DNA of 64,000 nt from Nitrososphaerota archaeon (GTDB lineage: Archaea; Thermoproteota; Nitrososphaeria; Nitrososphaerales; Nitrosopumilaceae): assembly GCA_028867755.1 (NCBI GenBank), contig JAGWFT010000001.1:1156727-1220726 (forward strand), read 5' to 3'. The position numbers and the translations under genes are program-made. Under the pieces are notes generated by a model. It was not told where the DNA came from. It made no database searches and saw only the letters and a program-made list of their open reading frames with translations. This document shows positions 57,788 through 64,000 of the stretch, piece after piece (within the stretch, counting starts at the first letter, position 1; every line of letters starts with the position of its first letter).

Positions 57788-57919
57788 ATGAGAAAAGAAT
57801 TCTGCCACATTTGTAAAGAGGGAGGCAAGCAGTGCGTCGATGTAGATACCAAAGAAGAAGTCTACATGATGATGTATAAAGTAAGATGTTCAAAATGTGG
57901 AGCACCTTTGGTGACCTGA
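57788..57919 (+). CDS. Small zinc-ribbon protein (43 aa, not in track)
   Basis: MRKEFCHICKEGGKQCVDVDTKEEVYMMMYKVRCSKCGAPLVT; two CxxC motifs. Confidence 0.7.
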   Translation: MRKEFCHICKEGGKQCVDVDTKEEVYMMMYKVRCSKCGAPLVT

Positions 57920-57990
57920 CTCCCTCGTTATTTTGTGACTAGTTTAGAAGATTACCAGTCAATTAATCCTCTACTGTTGTAATAGATATC

Positions 57991-58566
57991 ATGACAACAA
58001 TAGTAGGAATCAAGACAAGAGATGGAGTAGTCCTAGGCTCAGATAAAAGAGCAAGCAAAGGATTTTTCATCGGATCAAAAATAGTCCAAAAGATTGCCAA
58101 GATGGATGAAACACTGGCAGTGGCAATAGCAGGCCAACTCTCTGATGCAGAATACATAATCAAAGTTGCAAAAGCAGAGAGAAGATTGATGGAGCTCAGA
58201 AGGGGATTTTCTCTAACTGTCAAAGAATCAACTAGGTTGATTGCAAATCTAGCATATTCTGGCTTGAGAAACTATCAACCATACTATGTAGAGTTGCTAG
58301 TGGCAGGAGTAGACCAGCATGGCTCTCATGTATATGCAGCCGACATGAGTGGTGCAATCACAGAAGAAGATTTTGCCTCGTCAGGTTCTGGATCTCCTAT
58401 CGCATATGGAGTACTAGAAAGTCTATACAACAAGGAGATCAAAAACGAACAAGCAAAAGAAATTGCTTCGCGAGCTGTTGCTGCTGCAATGGAAAGAGAT
58501 CCAGGCTCAGGTAACGGCATAGATGTACTGGCAATACCTGCCATACCAAGGGAGGTTACAGCATAA
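57991..58566 (+). CDS. psmB: 20S proteasome beta-type subunit without propeptide
   Basis: MTTIVGI, D17/K33 equivalents (SDKRAS..QKI), SSGSGS, RDPGSG; in-frame TAA at 57964 and no earlier start. Confidence 0.9.
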   Translation: MTTIVGIKTRDGVVLGSDKRASKGFFIGSKIVQKIAKMDETLAVAIAGQLSDAEYIIKVAKAERRLMELRRGFSLTVKESTRLIANLAYSGLRNYQPYYVELLVAGVDQHGSHVYAADMSGAITEEDFASSGSGSPIAYGVLESLYNKEIKNEQAKEIASRAVAAAMERDPGSGNGIDVLAIPAIPREVTA

Positions 58567-59234
58567 TGTCAGACTCTGGTCCAAATTCTGGAAGGTTTCC
58601 TTTCTATGGACCTCAAGGCAGACTTGTTCTAGTAGACAGTGCACTAGAAGCAGTAAGCCGGGGATCAACTACCATAGGAATCAAGACTCCAAAGTTTGCC
58701 ATAATTTCAAGCCAGATAAAACCAACGCATCCATTGATAGAACCATCTGAGAAGATATTCTCAATTGATTATCATGTTGGAGCTACAGGTGCTGGATACA
58801 TTGGAGACATCTTGCAGCTAATTGATGCACTAAGACTTGAAGCTCAAAAGCACAAGTTGACATATGAAAGTCCGATAGATACAGACTCGCTGGCAAAACA
58901 TCTTAGCACATATCTACACAACTACACAACATATGCCGTAAGACCACAGGCTGCCTCAATAATACTAGCTGGGGCAGACGAAACAGGCATACAGCTATAC
59001 CAGATTGACCCAAGTGGCACTTTCTTTAGGGGTGCAGGCTTTGCTATAGGCCAGTCATCTGAGACAGCACTTGACGTCATAACAAGAGAATACAGTGCGG
59101 ATCTTACCCAGAAACAAGCAATTGGGCTTGCAGAAAAGGCAATAGAAAAAGCATTAGGAGAAAAACCAGTTGTTGAGACAGGAGTTGTTCTTGCAGACGA
59201 GAAGACGTTTCACAAGATTCCGTTTGGCAAGTAA
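58566..59234 (+). CDS. psmA: Divergent 20S proteasome alpha-type subunit
   Basis: FYGPQGRL..A.EAV.RGSTTIGI, EKIF.ID.HVG, VRP, DPSG, AIG; TAATG overlap with beta gene. Confidence 0.82.
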   Translation: MSDSGPNSGRFPFYGPQGRLVLVDSALEAVSRGSTTIGIKTPKFAIISSQIKPTHPLIEPSEKIFSIDYHVGATGAGYIGDILQLIDALRLEAQKHKLTYESPIDTDSLAKHLSTYLHNYTTYAVRPQAASIILAGADETGIQLYQIDPSGTFFRGAGFAIGQSSETALDVITREYSADLTQKQAIGLAEKAIEKALGEKPVVETGVVLADEKTFHKIPFGK

Positions 59235-59247
59235 AACCTACCCACCA

Positions 59248-59262
59248 TTTTTTATTTTTTTT
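59248..59262 (+). terminator. Archaeal oligo-T terminator of the proteasome operon
   Basis: TTTTTTATTTTTTTT 14 nt after the stop codon. Confidence 0.55.
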
Positions 59263-59369
59263 AAATAGTATAATAAAAAATAACTTTTATCCCATTAACA
59301 GTAAATTAGGTTATTTAATCATCAGAAATAGAGTTTGAAGAAACTTTGGTAATTTTCGAAAAACTCTAG

Positions 59370-60089
59370 TTAATTGTACTGGCTAAAAGAATCCGTGCCG
59401 CTTTTTCCACCAGATATGGTTTTCTGGAACACTTTGGTTATCTGCTCAAATATCCTATAGGCACTTATCATGGCCTCTGCTTTGTTTTTGTCTCCTGTCG
59501 CGTTACTTTCCACTATTGCGTACCTTGACATTATTTTGAGGTTGACCTGAAACATGTCACCGTTAGACCATTGTAATACATAGTCTCCATCTCCATCTAT
59601 CAACCCTATCCAGCGTAGATTGCCAAACCATTTTCCAACCAACTTGTTTACAATTTCTTCAACCTCAATTGTAGTAGGAATATACAATTGGAGCACTTGG
59701 GAAAACTGTAAGTGTTGTTTTGATATTTTTCGAGACAAATTCTCAAGATCTAGCCTAGACCTCTTGACTAGAATTGATCTAAGATTCTTGCTTAATCGAT
59801 AACCCGTTTGAGTTTTCTCCACAAGATTGGAATTTTCTAATCTATGCAACGATCTAGATAGGCTTTGCTGGTGCATCCCAAGTTTTCTTGCAAGACCATT
59901 GAAGGTATATTGATTATCAGCCAAATCATTGTCTTGGTTTAGTATCGATAAAACTTTCTTGTCGTTTTCTTGAAAATCGTCAAGAGACATTCCAGAATCA
60001 TCATCAATTACAATTTGTACAGTCTTGTAATCTAGCGTTATCTCTTTTTCCTTTTTATCTTCAATTTCAGGTTCAATTTTATTTTCCAT
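59370..60089 (-). CDS. Winged-helix DNA-binding protein with C-terminal domain
   Basis: FNGLARKLGMHQQSLSRSLHRLE...VEK...GY.L. Confidence 0.75.
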   Translation of the reverse strand: MENKIEPEIEDKKEKEITLDYKTVQIVIDDDSGMSLDDFQENDKKVLSILNQDNDLADNQYTFNGLARKLGMHQQSLSRSLHRLENSNLVEKTQTGYRLSKNLRSILVKRSRLDLENLSRKISKQHLQFSQVLQLYIPTTIEVEEIVNKLVGKWFGNLRWIGLIDGDGDYVLQWSNGDMFQVNLKIMSRYAIVESNATGDKNKAEAMISAYRIFEQITKVFQKTISGGKSGTDSFSQYN

Positions 60090-60152
60090 CTTTCTTACCT
60101 CATAATGATCTCTTTACTTATTTAAGGGTAAACAGTATTACATCTCAAAAAT

Positions 60153-60342
60153 TGTCATGCTCCCTTGTGTACATATCCAAGAACATTTCATAATCTGTTA
60201 TTGTGCAATTCATTGATAAAATGACTAGGAGTGATTAAACCTAGTCACATGTCAATTTGGCCAAAATCTATTTACAATATAACATACAGAAATGTCAGCT
60301 AACCCGCACTATGCATGACATACATGTCATGCAACAGAGCGG
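60153..60342. promoter_or_regulatory. Cluster of TGTCA/TGACA boxes and palindromes upstream of the wHTH gene
   Basis: TGACTAGG-N10-CCTAGTCA (60222-60247), TTTGGCCAAA (60256-60265), TGCATGACA-N4-TGTCATGCA (60312-60333); TGTCA also at 60153, 60250, 60293. Confidence 0.45.
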
Positions 60343-60474
60343 ATCAGGGATGAACTGCCAGAAAACTACTAAATATAATCATCATTAGAAATACAGTATG
60401 CACTTTTTTCATAACATGTTTTTTCCCAGTAACATTTTAAGATATTTTGGCATAGTAATCAAACAAGATTAAGA

Positions 60475-61191
60475 TTAGTTTTTGCGTGTTATGGCTACAA
60501 CAGCTATGACCACACCAGCAACTCCTACGCCTATACCTACTATGCTTATCATAAACAACATGTCAGTTGTGTTCTTTACTTCCTCAAACGACTTTGCTAC
60601 ATTAGCATATCCTTGTGCCGCAACATTGGCATCGTTTGCAGCCTTACTTATCTCAGACGATAGCTGATTTATGACTTGAGAATTAGCATAGGTTTGGTCA
60701 GATGTTGTTGGCGTAGATTGAGAAGATGAGGCTCCATTTGAAGGCGGGAAAGATCCTGCAGGCTGATAGTATGTACTTTTATCCTCTACTTCATCCAGTG
60801 GAAAACCTGCGTTTATTGTCTGACCATTTATAGTTCCGTTCATGATGATTTGATACGATCCAATCTTTGTTGGGATTATTGTTGTATCATACTCATCTGG
60901 TGTGTCATCATTTGGAGTGAATTTCAAGGTATTTTGCAGGCCACCGTACGTTATTACAACAGTCATGTTGTCAAGTCCTGTCTGACTTATTGGTGTTGTA
61001 GTATTTCCAGATACTGTATCAATAAAGATTTGGACTGTGTTAGTGTCTCCAACAAGCGGGGGCTCGTTTGTCAAGCCAACTTTGATGTATATGTTGCCAA
61101 AATTTTTTTCTACATGGGCACTAGCATAATGGGTCATCATAGGAATCGCAAGAAGAGATATGAGTAATGGTATGACTAGAATCTGTTTCAT
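60475..61191 (-). CDS. Exported membrane-anchored protein with predicted mature N-terminal His (YcnI-like topology)
   Basis: Likely start ATG 61191; signal ending ASA|HVEK; beta-rich domain, Ser/Thr linker, C-terminal TM. Confidence 0.7.
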   Translation of the reverse strand: MKQILVIPLLISLLAIPMMTHYASAHVEKNFGNIYIKVGLTNEPPLVGDTNTVQIFIDTVSGNTTTPISQTGLDNMTVVITYGGLQNTLKFTPNDDTPDEYDTTIIPTKIGSYQIIMNGTINGQTINAGFPLDEVEDKSTYYQPAGSFPPSNGASSSQSTPTTSDQTYANSQVINQLSSEISKAANDANVAAQGYANVAKSFEEVKNTTDMLFMISIVGIGVGVAGVVIAVVAITRKN

Positions 61192-61198
61192 TTGCAGA

Positions 61199-64000
61199 TC
61201 ACTTTTTTTCTTCATATAAAATGTCTTTTGGTACAACTACAGAATGTATAGATACATTGTTCGAATCAAATTTTTGTACATTTTTGATACTATTATCAAG
61301 ATCTATCTTTGCTCTCGTATAGAAAAATGAAGAAACTACTACAAAACCTGCTATCATGGGTGTTACAAATCCAGCATAACTTAGACTATTGTTTGAGATG
61401 ATACTGTTTGCAAGGACAGTAGATCCTCCCGCAGTTACATTTTCAGTTATTAAACCAAGCGAATGAGATCTTTGTTCTGCAATCACCACTCCTTTATCAG
61501 TGAAGACTAGCCATTGAGTAAACGAGTTTTTTGATGGTATATCGATTTGTACATATTGCCCGTTGTTTGGATCAAGTGTAGTTATTTTATCATATGTGTG
61601 CTGTGCTATCCATAGATAGTCATTATTATCAATGGTCATGCCAAATGGCAAATTTGATGGATTTTGGTCCAATGTATATTGTTTGAATAGGTGGATGAGA
61701 GAATAAAACACAAGCAGGCCATGACCTTCGTGTTCTGTAACATACACCACTCCATCACGTGGGGCTTCAATAATTCCAGTTAGATCTGCCTGAGTTGCAT
61801 TTATTTTTGGATCATGTTGTGTTATACTACTATTTGTTGGATTTATTTCAGCTATCTGACCAGACCCGCTTTCTACAATCCATATCACTCCAGAATCTTG
61901 TGCCGTTGTGATTCCAAGTGGTTCAGAACCATTAGGCAGGCTTAAGACAGTAAAAGTTTCTGCCTGAGAATCGAATTTTAATACCTTATCTTCATTTGCG
62001 GCAATTAGCCATGGATTATTCATCTTGTCTATTGTCAAACCAGATATGATTCCACTTGTTGGAATTTTATATTGTTTGTTAGAGTCATCGTTTGGGCTAT
62101 AATTTCCCAAGATCTTCGTAATCGGGTCAACGTACCAGATATTATTTTTCCCATCCAAAGCCATCCATGTTATTATGTTTGTGCCGCTTATCTTTTGCTC
62201 AGAAAACCGTTTAGACTCAAGATCAAATCCAAATATTCTCCCACTTGATATTTTAGAATCTCCCACCCATACCATATCTCGGCTCTTGTCATATACAGGA
62301 TACAGCGGCAACGACGTGTTATCTAAAATTGTATATTCTTTTACATTAAATGAGAGTTGGTTAATGGTTGGCTTTAGGTAGAAAACAAATGAGGTTGCAA
62401 TCTCTGTTGAGTTGGCCTCATTTTGAAAGCCGTTTATTGCAACTTTCCAGTTGCCTCCTATACCAAAAGGAACGGTTGTGGAAAAAGAACCCATCCCTGT
62501 CTTTTGCATAACTATTTTTGGCATGGAGATTCCATTATCAATCTGAGTTAGTGCCAATTCAGCAGATTCCATATCCAATTGCTGCATAGAAGGATCAAGA
62601 AATGTTATTGTAAAGTTGTTGTTTCCAAGACCAAATGGAGTAATGACCATGGTTATCTTATTTCCATCTACATTCTTGGCATCGGTGTAAAGGCTGTTTT
62701 GTGTGCCTACAAGTGGAGATATTGCAAATACATTTGGTATTGCATTGTGTTGGCTTGGAAATTCATTGCCAGGAGTTCCTGAATTGGTAAGAACCGCAAC
62801 AGATGCAAGCAACGCTATTCCAAGTATTGCCTCAATCTTTACAACCAGAGACGACGCTGATTCCAATGACGAGATCTGAGAATGTGAATTACCATCAGTT
62901 GTGATAGTTGTGGCAAGCAACCTAGATGTGCGTTTATGAATAACCAGCTGAGTGTATGCGCCAGACGATATCATAGCAGCGGCAAGCAAAAGCTTTACCA
63001 TCAATATCTTTCCGTATGTAGATGCAAGCGTAAGTGTCAAGTTATTTTCAAGTAAATACAACAAGAACGGCCCTGTTATAGCTACAACTCCGAGTAAGGA
63101 CACGGTCAGAATTGAAAACCTTGGAATCAGAATCGATATTGCAGAAAGAAATGTACAGTTATTTTTCAATTGTTTTAGTATTGGAAATACTAGAAATGCA
63201 AGATAGAAGACTCCACCAATCCACAAGGAAGCAACTACGTTGTGCACAAAATCAAGTAGTATGGCATACCATCCACCAACAGCAGCTCCATGTCCAACAA
63301 GGCTTGTTGTGAGTAACTCCCCAATACCGATTATAAAAAGTGTCCAGACAAACGAAGTTGGTATTTTCCCATCTCGTGTTCTAAGATAAACTATAGCCGA
63401 TATACCAAGAAGTGCAGCCGAGATGACAAAACGGATCATCATCGTATTACCAAATTTTGTTGCAAACGCATTATCTAACCCACTACCTATGGCGTTTGCC
63501 TCAGCCAATACCATCCCAAAATCTGATAATATAAGAATGATAGAGCCTATCAATGCCCATTTGGCCATTTTTTTATCAAGTAATTTTCTACTTTCTGAAA
63601 GAGAATCATATAACCATCGCATATTTTTTATTGGCCCCCACAACCATAGCGTTGCCGCAGTTACACCTACCACAATTACTTGGCCAACAAGTGTAGGAAA
63701 TCTAGCAATAGCATCAGGTATTGATATTTCGGTTGCAATGTTTGACGATATCTGTGCAGAATTTTGTGAGACTTTAGCATTGACTCCAAATGCAAAACCT
63801 GGTGTGGTTACGTGTCCATCTGTCTCATCTAAAACTTTGGTAGTTACTGTATAAACGCCATTTGGAAGACCATCTTTTAGAGATGTTGCCAAACCCGTAT
63901 GGTCCGAATTTGTATAGTGTAAATCATTATTTTGGACTTGATTTCCATTAGGACCAAGAACCTCGATATGGCTGTATTTGATATCTACCGGATCACTGAA
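61199..64000 (-). CDS. CopC-CopD-YtkA-Vgb propeller fusion (copper uptake/resistance); 5' end lies beyond the window
   Basis: Frame stays open to base 64000 (FSDPVDIKYSHIEVLGPNGNQV.., CopC-like); CopD motifs HNVVASLWIGG, PRFS, STYG..LMVK; Ig domain; propeller repeats; C-terminal TM. Confidence 0.85.
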   Translation of the reverse strand, partial: FSDPVDIKYSHIEVLGPNGNQVQNNDLHYTNSDHTGLATSLKDGLPNGVYTVTTKVLDETDGHVTTPGFAFGVNAKVSQNSAQISSNIATEISIPDAIARFPTLVGQVIVVGVTAATLWLWGPIKNMRWLYDSLSESRKLLDKKMAKWALIGSIILILSDFGMVLAEANAIGSGLDNAFATKFGNTMMIRFVISAALLGISAIVYLRTRDGKIPTSFVWTLFIIGIGELLTTSLVGHGAAVGGWYAILLDFVHNVVASLWIGGVFYLAFLVFPILKQLKNNCTFLSAISILIPRFSILTVSLLGVVAITGPFLLYLLENNLTLTLASTYGKILMVKLLLAAAMISSGAYTQLVIHKRTSRLLATTITTDGNSHSQISSLESASSLVVKIEAILGIALLASVAVLTNSGTPGNEFPSQHNAIPNVFAISPLVGTQNSLYTDAKNVDGNKITMVITPFGLGNNNFTITFLDPSMQQLDMESAELALTQIDNGISMPKIVMQKTGMGSFSTTVPFGIGGNWKVAINGFQNEANSTEIATSFVFYLKPTINQLSFNVKEYTILDNTSLPLYPVYDKSRDMVWVGDSKISSGRIFGFDLESKRFSEQKISGTNIITWMALDGKNNIWYVDPITKILGNYSPNDDSNKQYKIPTSGIISGLTIDKMNNPWLIAANEDKVLKFDSQAETFTVLSLPNGSEPLGITTAQDSGVIWIVESGSGQIAEINPTNSSITQHDPKINATQADLTGIIEAPRDGVVYVTEHEGHGLLVFYSLIHLFKQYTLDQNPSNLPFGMTIDNNDYLWIAQHTYDKITTLDPNNGQYVQIDIPSKNSFTQWLVFTDKGVVIAEQRSHSLGLITENVTAGGSTVLANSIISNNSLSYAGFVTPMIAGFVVVSSFFYTRAKIDLDNSIKNVQKFDSNNVSIHSVVVPKDILYEEKK

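Noticed and set aside
558-63854. The many short antisense or nested ORFs in the track (e.g. 963-1187, 4730-5080, 35324-35692, 63423-63854)
   Set aside because: They lie opposite or within well-supported genes and are typical shadow ORFs.
1-64000. CRISPR arrays, tRNA/rRNA genes, IS elements, integrases
   Set aside because: I found no spaced repeat array, cloverleaf with T-loop consensus, rRNA-like tract or transposase/integrase motif by eye; tRNAscan, CRISPR and IS scans would be needed to exclude them formally.

Overview
Low-GC, gene-dense archaeal chromosome segment. By inference it is from an ammonia-oxidising Nitrososphaerota (Thaumarchaeota), possibly Nitrosotalea-like: it has a PEFG-CTERM protein, an S-layer-like surface protein, futalosine menaquinone genes, DnaJ-TPR and many short conserved-looking hypotheticals. 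Housekeeping blocks are hppA, Mrp, rpoE1-spt4-nadC/nadA/nadX, proline dehydrogenase plus P5C dehydrogenase, nurA-herA-mre11-rad50, tatC-tatA, purP, EF-2, mqnD/mqnE, TBP and msrA. Two stretches rich in micro-ORFs lie at about 29.4-35.2 kb and 54.7-58 kb. I saw no rRNA, tRNA, CRISPR array, transposase or integrase. The most unusual items are: (1) a coupled proteasome beta-alpha operon with a propeptide-less beta and an alpha lacking the YDR gate motif; (2) a half-length deoxyhypusine-hydroxylase-like HEAT protein with two His-Glu motifs; (3) a ycnJI(K)-like copper module, with a CopC-CopD-YtkA-propeller fusion and a split paralogous pair; (4) a GC-rich multi-helix intergenic element at 50397-50515, a candidate ncRNA; (5) several palindromic or switchable intergenic elements and a 17-bp direct repeat bracketing one gene. 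All family calls come from motif recognition by eye. No database search was run.
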